A stretch of DNA of 62,780 nt, counting the filler, from Chrysochromulina tobinii (taxonomy: Eukaryota), in NCBI GenBank assembly GCA_001275005.1. It is 6 parts of 6 records of this genome, joined end to end, with 100 filler letters (N's around TTAATTAATTAA, not from the genome) between each part and the next. Parts side by side here need not be neighbours in the genome. Positions count along the whole stretch, not along the records: positions 24,897 to 41,800 come from JWZX01000284.1; positions 41,901 to 50,506 come from JWZX01000285.1; 4 more parts are not named here. One strand, 5' to 3'. Below the pieces are notes generated by a model. The model was not told the DNA's origin. It saw nothing but the letters and a program-made list of their open reading frames with translations, and did not search any database. Shown here piece after piece: positions 33,067 through 46,900 of the stretch. Numbering within the stretch: position 1 is the first letter of the stretch; each line of letters starts with the position of its first letter. The translations under genes and the position numbers were made by a program.

Positions 33067-33330
33067 TGATGAAGCTCACATTAATTAAGACGAGGTTCAC
33101 AAGGATATAACATCTCAGAATTAGTTCGAAAAATATGCAAAGGTTTGATTTCGCTCAAAGGCCGAGGCGCGCAATCTCGTCCGGCACCGCATCTTGACTT
33201 TTCCATATTTCCTCAGGATGGAGATTTTCCTGAGCTCGAAACTTAATTTGTCTGCCAATCAATCGCTCCCCAGCGCGGGGAACCTCTCTCACTAGTCCGC
33301 TTGCTGCCGCAATTCTTTGAGCCGTCGTCA

Positions 33331-34796
33331 ATGTTCCAGCTTTGGGTGATGATCCCGCTGCTGTTTTACGTTCAGCATACCATGTGCGGGGTGCTATCAA
33401 AACCGCTGCAGGCATCGATCCTTTTTCCACGCGTGGGAATGCATGGTGTCAAAATGTCTGAGGCCGTCGCAGAGGGACCCGTAGTGGTGCTGGGCGCCAC
33501 GGGATACATCGGCAAAGCCGTTGTGAGAGAATTGGTTCAGCGCGGTCGACCGACCATCGCGTTCATCCGATCAAGTGATAGAGCCTCATTTCCCCCCGAA
33601 CTCGAAGGCGCCAACGTGGTGGAGGGTGATCCACAAATGGATGCAGATGGTAGTCTGAAGCGTGCACTCACCGGGGCCAGCGGAGTCATCTCCTGCATCT
33701 CAAGTAGGACGGGATCACCTCGTGAAGTAGAGCAGATCGACTATGGCGCTTCACGGCTTGCGATGGATCTGCTGATCGAGCATGGCCATCCTCGAGCCTC
33801 GTATGTGCTGCTATCTGCAGTATGCGTCAAGACGCCCGTGCTCCGCTTGCATCAGGCCAAGCTGCGGATCGAACGTGAGCTGGCCGCATCTGGCCTTCCA
33901 CACGCGATCGTGCGCCCTACGGCCTACTTCAAGAGCATTTCCGCGCAGGTTGCGAACGTCGTTGCGGGCCAGCCGTACGTACTTTTTGGAGAGGGCACGC
34001 ACACCAAGTGCAATGCCATCGGTCAGAGGTGGGCCTCCCGTGATCACATCTTTCTCCCCACGGCCATGTCCCTATCCCGTATCCATATCCATGCGAGACT
34101 ATTTACGTAGCCAGTTCTGACGATCACCTTCGCCGCTGTGTGCGCAGCGACCTGGCCTGCCTAATGGTCGACCAGCTGGAACGCGCTGTGCAGGGTGAAA
34201 ACAAGGGTATGGGCGCAGGCAACATCATCGAGATAGGCGGGGCGAAGACTGTCACTCCTTTTGAGCAGTCACAGATGATTTTTGCAGCAGCAGGCGTGGA
34301 GCCGAGATACGTGAGGGTGCCTCTTGCGCTGCTCGACTTAGTTGAAGGTGCAGTTTGCTCCGTGGAGGCCGCGCTTCTCGCTCTTCGCGAAGCGCTTGGC
34401 ACGAAAACGTTCGATCGCGCCCTAGAGGCGGTAGCAAACGCGGCGGAGTCTACGCGCATCGCCAAATTCTACGCAACGGCGGATATGCTTGGCCCATCAG
34501 ACCTCATGTACAGCTCTGAAGCGCTCAAAGACTTCTACGCCGGTGCAGTCAAAAGTGCCAAGGAGGTCAGTGACGAAGACCTTGGACTCCCTGCCAGTAG
34601 CTTGCTGGCCTCACGGATTTTGAGAGGAGGGCTCCCTCTACTTGCTACCACCATAGGCTCTGCCGCTTTTCTGTCCAAGCTGGTAACTTCGACCACGGCA
34701 GAAATATCGAACGGCCCGCTCTCCGCGGTAACCGTGCTGTCTGCAAACTTCCCGGAGGTAAGTGCCGAAGTCGTACATCACACTAACTGGATGTAG
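33331..34796 (+). CDS. DVR: NADPH-dependent divinyl (proto)chlorophyllide 8-vinyl reductase-like, intron 34029-34147
   Basis: VLGATGYIG, ISCISSRTG, IDYG, LLSAVCVKTP, IVRPTAYFKS, PYVLFGEG; splicing gives NAIGQSDLA. Confidence 0.85.
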
Positions 34797-35515
34797 AACC
34801 TGAACGATTGCATGGCGCGGAGAGTGCGCCTTGGTCGCGCCCGTTCGGTGAATGAACGCGACGCCACCCTGCAATTCTGCTAATGCACATGCACCGAGGC
34901 CTATGCACCCGCGCTGTTCCGTGCTGTTGGGCCCTCACACACGTGCACCTAGGCGCGCTGCCACGTGAGGGGCGGGGCCGGGCAGGCGGCAGGGTGGCGT
35001 GGAGTCGAGTGGAGTCGATGTCGAGAGTCGACGCGACAGTCGTATGTGTAGCGCCCACGGTCCACACGGCACTGTTGTCGTATACCCTACCATCATGTTT
35101 TTAAACGCACCCCGCGCCCGCCCGCCGAGTCCCGAGACGCGAGAGCGGAGACGGCGCGATTCATAACCGCGGACAGCACTGGCGCCACTGCGATTCCGGT
35201 TGCCGCGCGCGGTGTGTCGACTCCGCCGGCCACCGGGCCACGACCGGGGACCTCCGCCGCGGCGCGGCGCGGCGCCGGTGGCCCCGGACGGCACGGCAGA
35301 CAGCACCGGGGCCGGGCCACCCAGACCGGACCCACACAGCGGTGTACATACCCCTGGTATTAGAACGCACAGACTCGACAGGTCTGAGTCCTACACGATC
35401 TGAACACTGATCACTGAGAAAAAAGAATCTCGGCGCATCCACCTCTCCGCGGTCTCTCCGGCGCCTTGGCCTCTCGAGCCTCTCCTCTTCCGCGCCTTCC
35501 CGAGCCGCGCTCCCT

Positions 35516-38209
35516 TCAGTGCTGTACGATCTTTGTGGTCACGGGCAGGCCCTTGAGCTTCTCGGGACCGAGCATGTGGCAGTACTTGCACCTGAACTCC
35601 TTGAGGCCGCTCAGCTTGAAGATATTCTTGGGCAGCGTGCTCATGCCGACGCATCCGTCGATAATGAGCACCTCGAGCTCCGAGAGCTCGCAGATGCCCT
35701 CGGGCAGGTAGCGGAGCGCACAGCAGTTGCTCAGGTTGAGCACCTTGAGCGACGAGAGCGCGCCCATCTCGATCGCGCGGCTGAGTGCCTCCAGGCCCTT
35801 GCTTGCGGTGAAGTCATTGTACGAGAGGTCAAGCTCATGCACATGTGCGCAGCTCACTTCCTCGAGGGTGGCACCGAGATCGCACAATTCTGCGTCGTGC
35901 CAGTCGAGGTGCGCATAGTGCAGCTTCGTGAGCCCATTGAATCCATCCTCGATCACCTTGCGGTAGAGGCGAGCCACGAAGCCCGGGTCCGCATCTGGCT
36001 CCTTGCGGAAGGTCTTCTCCTCCATGAGCAGCAGGAAGCGCGGCGCCGAGAGTGGCGGCAACTGCTTCTTGTCGTCGACGCGGTCCTCGACCTTGACGCC
36101 CGTGTTGATGATCTTCTGCCAAGCGGTCGCGAAGGTGCCGTTGGGCAACTTGTACGGCTTGTTGCGCGGAACGTCCTTGAAGAGCCGGCACACCATCTCC
36201 TCAAAAAAGGGCCAGCCGCGCTCAACCCGCAAAAGCCCCTCGTCGGCGGGCGTGCCTTCCTCGTCGGGGACAATGTACACCGTCGTGTGTTTGTGCGCGA
36301 ACCACACGCCCATTTGGTTCTTGGCGCGCAGAAAGCGTTCCAACTCCTCATCCGTGCGCGTGTGCTGCCGAGTCTCCTGGTAGAGAGAGCACCAATCGAT
36401 GAAGACGCCCACATCACGCATCCCAAACGCCTGGTAGGTCGGCATCTCCTGCGCGAGCGCCGCGGCAATCTGGCGCAGAGCGCGGCCGTTGGGGTCGGGT
36501 GCGTCGTCGGTGGCCCAGCAGTAGGACGCCAGCACCACCGGCACCGCTTGAAACGTGCCGGCACCACGACCAATTGTACCGGTCGCGCCGTCGGAGCTCG
36601 CAACCATCTCGAGGAAGGCGGCGTGGATCTCCTCGAGCTCATCAACGGGCAGGATCGCCGCCGTGTGCTCGGCCTCAATCTCCTGCCGGCAGGGCAGCGG
36701 CGCGGCCGGCGCGGCGTTGTCGGGTAAGTGCCACGTGGTCACTGTCACTCCACGCCGCTCCCTCGTCTTACTCACGTAGCCCGCGCGCTCGAGGATCCAC
36801 AGGCCACGCACCAGGATCACATCGCCCACACGTGCCGCCCCAAAGACCGCCCACGGCTCCACGTACGCCGCCTGCCGCTTGATGCGCTCCTTGGCCGCCT
36901 CGGCAGCCCGTGCACGCCGCCGATGGATCCCCGTGCTGCTCAGAGAGGCGCGCCGCGCGGCAACGTAGAAGGCGACGAACTCGCCAAAGTCGACGATGCC
37001 GTCGCCGTTCGTGTCGGCCGCCGCGAACTGCTCCTCGAGATACTCGCGCTTCTCGCCGAGCGCCATACCAGGCAAGAGGTCGAGGTCAAGCAGGGCATGG
37101 AAGAGCTCGTGCTTCTCGAGGCTGTTGGAGCCGTCGACGTCGTACTTTTGGAAGGCATCGCGTGCCACCTGCTCCTGCTCGATCGCGTCCATCGTGAGCG
37201 CGTAGAACTCGGCGAACTCGTCAAAGTCCACCACGCCGTCGCCGTTTGTGTCGGCCAGCGCAAAGTTCTTCTCCAAAAAGTCCTCCTTCTCCTTGGGATT
37301 CCCTCCCGATGGTACCTGTCCAAGCTCCCTGAGGACATTGAAGAGCTCCAACTTGTCGATGGTGCCGCTGCCGTCCTTGTCGTACGCTTCGAACGCCGCC
37401 GTGGCTACCGCCTTGATGTGCTCCGTCTTATCCCCGCCCGCCTTGGCCTCCGCCAAGAACGCATCGAATTTGTCTTTGCCCATGGAGTCGGAGAAAGACA
37501 TCTTGAGCGGATCTTTCTGGCTCACTTTGGCGTCCGGAGAGCTCGAGGAACCAATGGACATGCGCAACGTCGCCCGCCTCTTGAGCGTGAAACGCTCCCC
37601 TGGCGTTGACACGCCCGAGTACGACGAGTCCTTCTCACCGTCGCGCGAGCGGGCGTCCAGGAACGAGAGACCCCTCTTGAAGAATGACTCGCCAGGCCGG
37701 TGCATAGAGTACTTGAGCGGGTCCGCGCCTTCCTCCTTGAACGTCACGGACATTGTGGAGGACAGCCTGCGCGGCATGGGCGGCGGCCTTGATGCATCTT
37801 CGGGCGGCTCCGGCGCATCCTCGGGGGCCTCAGGCGCATCCTCGGGGGCCTCAGGCGCATCCTCGGGGGCCTCAGGCGCATCCTCGGGGGCCTCAGTGGT
37901 CAAAAGCACCTCAGCAACCTCTGGCGGGATCTGCATCAGCATGTCGGACACGGCCTGGATCGGCCAACCGGGCATCCCACGGGTCGAGTTGACCACTTGC
38001 GTCAGCAGACGTGATAGCGCCGCCAGATCCTCTCTCGTGGCCTTGATGTCCGATGACTCTGGCACTGGCGGCTCGCTGCCCTCAAGCTGGGAGAGGAGGT
38101 AGGCTCCGATGAAGCATGGTCGCTCGAAGGGCAAAAGCGGCAACGAGGCGCGCACTGCGTCTGTAAGCGCTGCCTCCAGCACCGCCACGGTGGCCTTGTC
38201 GAGGCCCAT
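35516..38209 (-). CDS. EF-hand + HET-like + LRR protein
   Basis: four EF-hands; ASYCW..PDPNG, VFIDWCSLYQ, ERGWPFFE; C-terminal LRRs; 21-bp EAPEDAP repeat near 37795-37895. Confidence 0.8.
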   Translation of the reverse strand: MGLDKATVAVLEAALTDAVRASLPLLPFERPCFIGAYLLSQLEGSEPPVPESSDIKATREDLAALSRLLTQVVNSTRGMPGWPIQAVSDMLMQIPPEVAEVLLTTEAPEDAPEAPEDAPEAPEDAPEAPEDAPEPPEDASRPPPMPRRLSSTMSVTFKEEGADPLKYSMHRPGESFFKRGLSFLDARSRDGEKDSSYSGVSTPGERFTLKRRATLRMSIGSSSSPDAKVSQKDPLKMSFSDSMGKDKFDAFLAEAKAGGDKTEHIKAVATAAFEAYDKDGSGTIDKLELFNVLRELGQVPSGGNPKEKEDFLEKNFALADTNGDGVVDFDEFAEFYALTMDAIEQEQVARDAFQKYDVDGSNSLEKHELFHALLDLDLLPGMALGEKREYLEEQFAAADTNGDGIVDFGEFVAFYVAARRASLSSTGIHRRRARAAEAAKERIKRQAAYVEPWAVFGAARVGDVILVRGLWILERAGYVSKTRERRGVTVTTWHLPDNAAPAAPLPCRQEIEAEHTAAILPVDELEEIHAAFLEMVASSDGATGTIGRGAGTFQAVPVVLASYCWATDDAPDPNGRALRQIAAALAQEMPTYQAFGMRDVGVFIDWCSLYQETRQHTRTDEELERFLRAKNQMGVWFAHKHTTVYIVPDEEGTPADEGLLRVERGWPFFEEMVCRLFKDVPRNKPYKLPNGTFATAWQKIINTGVKVEDRVDDKKQLPPLSAPRFLLLMEEKTFRKEPDADPGFVARLYRKVIEDGFNGLTKLHYAHLDWHDAELCDLGATLEEVSCAHVHELDLSYNDFTASKGLEALSRAIEMGALSSLKVLNLSNCCALRYLPEGICELSELEVLIIDGCVGMSTLPKNIFKLSGLKEFRCKYCHMLGPEKLKGLPVTTKIVQH

Positions 38210-38385
38210 AGCTCCCACCTGTTCGCTGATGTTTGGGAACGCGCGTCCAATTGATGGGTGTGTTTCGGCAAGTTTGAGCCAGTGACAAATCATGCAAAAT
38301 GGCAAGATAGATCGTTGTCGTTGACGTTGTGAAGTTGTGCACGCCCGCGTCGAGCTGCTTCTCGCGAACGTGTGGGTTAACGAAA

Positions 38386-38448
38386 ACAGGACCACACAGT
38401 ACAGCGGCGCTCATGCAAGCGTGTCACCGGGGGGGCGCTGACTACTAC
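38386..38448 (-). mobile_element. fragment of interspersed repeat family
   Basis: reverse complement of about 28222-28291. Confidence 0.6.
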
Positions 38449-38555
38449 GCAGAACTGAGAAAATTCAACACGTGTGAAGACACGTGTAACCCGCCGTCCC
38501 GCACGCCGCTCACGAGCGTGACGCGGCGGCGCGACCCCGCGCCCGGACCCAGGCC

Positions 38556-39827
<1,272 letters not shown>

Positions 39828-40182
39828 CGGTGGCCGCTGGGGCTGCTGCGCCTGGGGACAGTGGTCAGCGCGAGAGTCAACACTGGCCACTGTGGCGCGT
39901 GACGGGTGACTCTCAGGGCGACCATCGCGGTGGCGCGACGAGCATTATACCGAGTCGCCACGCGTGTCAACGCGCGTCGTTAGAGACTGTCTAGGAGTCG
40001 AGTGGTCAGAACTATTCGTTCATGTAATTATTATACGAATTACGTTTTACGATAAGGCCCACTACATCGAATCCCGACTAGCGGAAGCACATCATGTATC
40101 GTATCATGTTTGGGAATTGAATGCTGGTTGACCCAATATTAGTTATTTACTGTGTCGATATAGGCTACTATGGACTTAGTGA

Positions 40183-40280
40183 ATAGTGTGTGAATCCCAT
40201 GATGGGCATCGGATGGTGAATCCAGAAGGAATAATTCAATCTGGAATAGCGAATACCTCCCCTAAACCCCTTTGGGTCAA
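40183..40280 (+). mobile_element. degenerate copy of interspersed repeat
   Basis: atagtgtgtgaatcc, gtgaatccagaa, gaatacctccccta..cccctttgggtcaa. Confidence 0.5.
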
Positions 40281-40625
40281 AGGACTCCTGTACATACCTG
40301 TTATTGGGAATTGAATGGTTGGGAACATGGTCGAGGAGCGAGTAAATTGCAATAAATTGCTACATGTTACCGTTGACCGATGCTTGAAGCTTGATCTCGG
40401 CAAGATCTCGGCTCCTTGGGGCGTTTTCGACGTTGGTTGGGATGAGGTCCGAAGATGAAGGCTCCGCGAGCGCGACGATCGGTTCGCGCTTGGCCATGCA
40501 TGCATTTTCTTTCGTTCCTACGAATGACCACTCTGATGAAATCTTGGAAAACGAGGTTCGTCGAGAAGATCGCCATCAACCCGTCATTAGGAATCCATCA
40601 TTGGTTTTCTGAATTTTGTGAAGGA

Positions 40626-41800
40626 ATGGGGCCGCCGCCCTCACCGTCTGCACCACCGCCCCCGCTCGTGTGCAACTTCGTCGTGGGCGATGGCTTCGGC
40701 GGCGCCGCCGCATCGCAGACGAACACCGGGTCTTACTATGGCTCTGGGCTCGAATGCGCCGAAGCGGTCCGCACCAGGTACCCTCTCGCCAACGGCGTCA
40801 CCTACGGCCCCCTGGGCGCGTGCTGGGCCGAGTTTGGCATGCATAGCAGCGACCCTGCCTGGCCAACTTGGCGCACGTGCCTCTTCGGCGGCTGGCCGTC
40901 ACCCCCGCCATCGCCGCCGCCGCCTCCGCCCTCGCCGCCGCCGCCCTGCGCGCGCGTTACGCAAATATCCGGTCGTTCTGGCGGTTGTGTGGACTACCTC
41001 AGACTGGACTTCGACGATGGTTCATCAACTGTTTACGGGTCCCAAGGAACTCCAACAACCACATTCATCTTGCTGGCGGGTGAACATCTCGCTTCTGTGT
41101 CCTGGTCTCGATTCCAAGGTGGAGCATTTTGTCTTCCTGGCTGTGCGGTGACCTTCATTACTTCCTACGGACGCAGTGCCGGCTTCAGTGGGTCATATGG
41201 TTCTACGCACGCCTATTGTGCGCAAGCAGTTCAGTTTCCCAGTGACCAACGGCCGATTGTCGGGCTCAACTATTCAGCACCTGATGGGACCTTAATGTCC
41301 CGAGTTCTTATAGGTCCAATCACCACAGTCTCAGCAGCTTGCGCGGCGCCGCCTTCGCCCTCGCCGCCCCCGCTCGTGTGCGACTACGTCATGGGCTGGG
41401 TCAACGTCTTTTCGCGGGTTGAGTACCTCGCGCTCTTTGACTCTGGGCTCTACTGCGCCGTAGCGGTCCGCACCGGGTACCCTCTCGCCAACGGCGCCGG
41501 CTACCACGCCCCCTCCGGCCAGTGCTATGCAGTATTTGGCTTGGTTAGCATCTACACTCACGGAAGTTGGCGCATGTGCCCAATCGGCGGCTGGCCGTCA
41601 CCCTCGCCCTCGCGGCCGCCACCCATCTCACCCTCGCCACCGCCGCCAGCGCCCCCGCCGCCCTCGCCGCCTCCACCTTCTCCACCACCGCCCTCACCGC
41701 CACCGCCTTCTCCGCCGCCGCCCTCGCCACCGCCCTCGCCACCGCCACCGTCGCCGCCTCCTCCTTCTCCGCCGCCGCCCTCACCGCCACCGCCCTCGCC
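40626..41800 (+). CDS. extensin-like (SPPPP) surface protein with jacalin-like lectin domain and two Cys-rich modules; both ends uncertain
   Basis: VTQISGRSGGCVDYLRLDFDDGS..GEHLASV..VTFITSYGR; repeated C..AVRT.YPLANG..G.C.A.FG..WR.C module; SPPPP tracts. Confidence 0.65.
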
Positions 41801-41900
41801 NNNNNNNNNNNNNNNNNNNNNNNNNNNNNNNNNNNNNNNNNNNNTTAATTAATTAANNNNNNNNNNNNNNNNNNNNNNNNNNNNNNNNNNNNNNNNNNNN
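41801..41900. other. artificial contig linker
   Basis: N44-TTAATTAATTAA-N44. Confidence 0.99.
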
Positions 41901-43903
41901 GGGCGGCGGGGGCGGCGGGGGCGGCGGCGGCGGCGGGATGGGCGGCATGACGGCGAGCCTGCGGGACTTGACAGCTTGGGTCGACTTTCAGAACTCAACG
42001 GCGCATGCACTCGGCCCGTATGCGGCCTTCGTGCATGGCGCGTGCCTCGTCTTCATCGACGCCATCGGCCTCTCCGTCGCGTCGTCCCGAGCGGTGCGCG
42101 AGGCTCGACGGACGCGCTGCATCGAGCGGCTCCTGCAGCTGCTGCCGCCGCCCGTGGCCGCAGAGGGTGCGCGCGCCCTCCACCTCGGCACCGATACCGT
42201 GCCGGAGATGGCCGAGGGGGAGCGGCCGCAGCCCTACGCCGCGCGACCCGTGCACGCCCACGACAGCGGCGCCCACGACCTCGCCGGTGCAGAGGCGATG
42301 GACACGAGCACGGACGGCGTGGCGCGTGCGCAGCTCTTTGGCTTGCCTCCCTTTTTCATCGACCTGGGGAGCGCGCCGAGCGATGCCGCGTTCTCGCTCC
42401 ACGCCCCGACGACGCGCGCGAATGCCTTCCGCGTGCTGCGCGCGCTGCAGCTGCGCAAGCCTATCCTACTCGAAGGGTCGCCAGGCGTTGGCAAGACGTC
42501 GCTCGTGCAGGCGCTCGGGGCTGCGTGTGGGCATACCGTCGTGCGCATCAACCTGTCGGAGCAGTCCGATCTAATGGAGCTCCTCGGCACTGACCTGCCT
42601 GTCGAAGGTGCCCCTGCCGGCACGTACGCATGGCAGGACGGCGCGTTCCTCGCCGCGCTCAAGGCCGGCCACTGGGTGATCCTCGACGAGCTCAACCTCG
42701 CGCCTCAGTCGGTGCTCGAGGGGCTCAACTCGTGCCTCGACCACCGCGCCTCGGTCTACATCCCCGAGCTCGGATCGACATACGCGTGCCCGAGCACCTT
42801 TCGCGTCTTTGGGTGCCAAAACCCGCTCCAGCAAGGCGGGGGGCGCAAGGGGCTGCCCAAATCCTTTCTCAATCGCTTCACGCAGGTGATTGCCCGACGT
42901 GATTGCCAACGTGATTGCCCAAATCCTTTCTCAATCGCTTCACGCAGGTGCGCGAGGCGAGACGACGCACGCGCAGCACGCGCCTGCACGCACGCACACA
43001 CCTGCCCTATCCCGCACACGCACACCGACCCCCCCCCCCTCCCACATCTCGCGGCGAGCTCCCTGATCGGCGGCGCGACCAGTGCATGTTCATGCATGCT
43101 CTCTGAGTCCATCGCCCTCGATCTCTACAGCAGCGCCCAGAGCACACCCGCCCGAATTAAAGCTCGCGAGAGTGCCTCCGGCGGCCCGTGCCGTTTTGGC
43201 GCGGGTCGCCTCTCGATCGCCTCGCGAGTGTCGGAACGCGCGTACATGCATTCACACCTCCGACTGCATTCACACCTCCGACTGCATGCACCCCCCTGAA
43301 TCACATCGCAAACACATCGCCCACACCTCTTGCGAGCGAGCGTCGATGACGGTCGTCATTGACGAACCAGCTACTTCTGAAGAACTGCCTCTGGTTCACT
43401 CCAACGGCACTTGAAGTTCACTCATGTCGCGGAGACGCTCGCTCCATGTTTCCCCACATGCCCTGCTGCACATTCCCATCTGCACAGCCCGCCTGCGGCA
43501 AGGTCCCATACCGCAATCTCGCGGCCCGAGTTCACGCGTTGCGTGTGGCTTGGCGCGCGTGCGCCCATGACGGCGCCCCATGTGTGCTCTCTCTCCCTCC
43601 CTCTCTCTCTCTCTCTGTGCAGGTGTGGATGGAGGAACTGGATGCCTCCGACATGCGCCTGATCGCGACCAACCACTTCCCCGCCATCCCAGCCACGCTC
43701 CTGGAGCGCATGATCGGCTTCGCGCGCGCGCTGCAACGGGAGGTGGTTACTTTGCGCAAGTTCGGCAGCCGCGGCGCACCCTGGGATTTCAATCTGCGTG
43801 ACCTCTTTCGGTGGTGTGAGCTCATCGAGCTCGAGCAGGTGCGCGCCGGAAAGGGGTCTCGGCTGGGTCCAAACTTGTGCAGCACGCATTGCTCTTGTGA
43901 CCC

Positions 43904-43934
<31 letters not shown>

Positions 43935-46900
43935 TGCCTCCTCCGAAGGACGAAACACAAGCTTCCGGCATGACGGGATGGCTTTGCCACCTGACCGCAT
44001 CCACTTCTATATTCAAGTCTCTGACGGAGCCACGGGGCATGCGAGCGCGTGGCGTGGCCACGTGGCATGCGAGCGCGGGGCGTGGCCACGTGGCATGCGA
44101 GCGCGGGGCGTGGCCACGTGGCATGCGAGCGCGGGGCGTGGCCACGTGGCATGCGAGCGCGGGGCGTGGCCACGTGGCATGCGAGCGCGGGGCGTGGCCA
44201 CGTGGCATGCGAGCGCATGGCATGCCACTCCTTGCGAGCGCGCCCTTCACACCCCTTCGGCTCTCCCTAATTTGGCAGCTGTGGCACGCCTGAACCGTTA
44301 GCCGTTAGCCGTGAGCCCTTGTCCGTCTCGCCACGTGTGCGTGCGCAGGTCGGGCCGTACTGGCAGCCGTCTCAGTTCGTCGACTCACTCTTTGTGCAGC
44401 GCATGCGGACCGTGGACGACCGCCGCGCCGTCCTGGCGCTGTACGGCGCGTGGCTCGGGGGCTATGAGCCGGGCGCCATGCCAGGCGCCTCGGCGCCGCT
44501 TCCGCGGCCCATCACGGCGCCCGGTACGGCGCCCGGTACGGCGCCCATCGAGTCCGACGATGGCTTCGTGCTCCAGCCGCACTATGCGATTACGCGCAGC
44601 ACGGTCCAGGTGGGCTCCACGTGGCTCGCCCGTTGCGAGCACCCGCAGCCGAGCGGGCACGAGGGGCGCGCCCCTCACATCCTGCATGCACAGCTCCGCC
44701 CCTTGGAGGCCTTGATGACATGCATCCGCATGCGATGGATGTGCATCCTCGTGGGCGAGGCCGGGGCAGGCAAGACCAGCCTCGCCCGGCTGCTCGCCCG
44801 ACTTGCGGGCCGTCCGATGGCGGAGGTGACCCTCTCGACGACCACCGACACCACCGAGCTGCTCGGCTGCTTCGAGCAGAACGAGCCATCTCGCGTTCGC
44901 CTCGCGGCACTCCGCGCCACCGGCACCCTGGTCGCGCACACGACGCAGGCGCTGCTGCTGAGCGGCTCCACGCACACCGGTGTTAACGTTCACACCGGCC
45001 ACTGCTCGGCCACCAGCGCCGTCGCGGCCGAATGCATCAGCGTCGCGACGCGGCTCCAAGCGCAGTGGGCGGAGCTCGCCGCGCCGCTAGGCACGGGCGG
45101 CGGCGGCGAGGTAAGCCTCTCCGATTCCCCACAGGAGGCCGAGTGGTCGGCTGATCGGCTCGCGAAGCTCGAGGCGCTGCTGGCCGGCATCGAGCACGCG
45201 GGCGCCGTGCTGACCTACGCTGCGGACGCTGCGGACGCTGCGGCACGGGCGGCCGAGGCGGCCGAGGCGGCGGAGGCGATGCAGGCGCAGGCAGCGGCCG
45301 GGGAGCCAACCTTCGGGCGCACGGCATCGTCCCGGGCGGCGTCGTCCCGGGCGGCCCGGGCGCACGAGAGTGCCCACGAGAGCGCGCACGGCCGTTCCCT
45401 CGCTGCGTCTCTGCCGAGGCGCGCTGCGTCGGTGCGCCGTCAGCTGAGGGAGGCGGCCGAGCTGGTCGTGGGCGGCGCGCGGGGCCGTTTCGTGTGGGTC
45501 GACGGCCCGCTGGTCACGGCCATGGAGGAAGGCTCGTGGCTGCTCCTCGACAATGCAAACCTGTGCAACCCGTCGGTGCTTGATCGGCTCAACCCGTTGC
45601 TCGAGCGGCACGGCGTCCTCCAGCTGCCTGAGTGTGGCCTGCAATCGGACGGCTCGGTGCGCGAGCTGCAAGCCCATCCCGACTTCCGGCTGCTCATGAC
45701 AGTCGACCCGATGCGGGGCGAGCTCTCACGCGCAATGCGCAACCGTGGCGTCGAGGTCAGCCTCATGCCGCTGCATGCGCAGTCTCGCGACGTGCTCGGG
45801 TTGCTCTGTGCGATCGAGGCCGACGCGCCGCCCGAAGGTTCGTCACTGGAGCAAGGTTCGTCACTGGAGCAAGGTTCGTCAATGGAGCAAGGTTCGTTAA
45901 TGGAGCAAGGTTCGTTAATGGAGCAAGGTTCGTCACTGGAGGCAGCCGCCGCGCAGGTCGCTTCGCCGACCTCGCACGCGTCGCGCCCATGTCGACCCCT
46001 AGCAGCGACGCCCCTCGCGATGATGGCCGCCCACGCGCGCGCGCAAGTGGCGGCGCTCGGCGGCGCCCTCTCCCCCTCGGCCGCCCAACAGAGCGCGATC
46101 GCCCAACACGGCGCGGTCGCTCTCGTGCAGTGGGGCGAGCTGGCGCTGCGTCGTCGGCAGCGGGGCTCGGCGGCCTCCAAGGCCCTCTCCGACGCCGCCG
46201 GGGTGGTCTACGCACCGCGGCTGAGCGCCATCGCCGCCCACAGGATGAGGGACCTCGCGGCGAGATGTGTGCTCGAGTCGATCTGGCCTGCCGCCTCGCT
46301 CGTGCTCTCTATTGCCCGCAGCTCGTCCTCCTCGTCGCCCAACGCGGCGCTTGCATGCGCGTGGCCGCCGGCGCTGGGCAGCGACGGGTACGCGGCCGAC
46401 GCACTGCGGGCGAGCGTCCACTGCCAGGGATCCTTGCTACTGCAGCTCACGCAGCTGCTCTTGAGCGGCACAGCGTCGGCGACGCGCGCGAGTAGTGTTG
46501 GTGGCGAGATGGTGCTCACGACGGGCGGCGGCTCGGGCCTGCCGTCATATCTGCCAATCGAAGCGGCGAGCAGCGGCGCTCGGTACGGCGCTCGCGTGCC
46601 GATGGACCAGGCGCTCGGTACGACGCTGCTGCGGATGCTCGCAACGGCTGCCTGTGAATTCACACGGCGCGCCTCGCCCGCGGACGCGCGGTTTCGTCAC
46701 ACCGCCCTCGGGCGGTTACGACTCGCGGCCGTGAAGGAGGCCAACGGGCCGGTCGCCGCGACGATGGCGTGCGCCGAAGCGGCCCTTGTAGCGATGCAGT
46801 CCCACCCGCTCGTCGTCCGGCTGCGCGCCGCGCTGCGCGCCGCCTGCGACGCCGACACGGCGCTCTGGGCGTTGTGCGAGGCCTCATCTCCCGATTTGGA

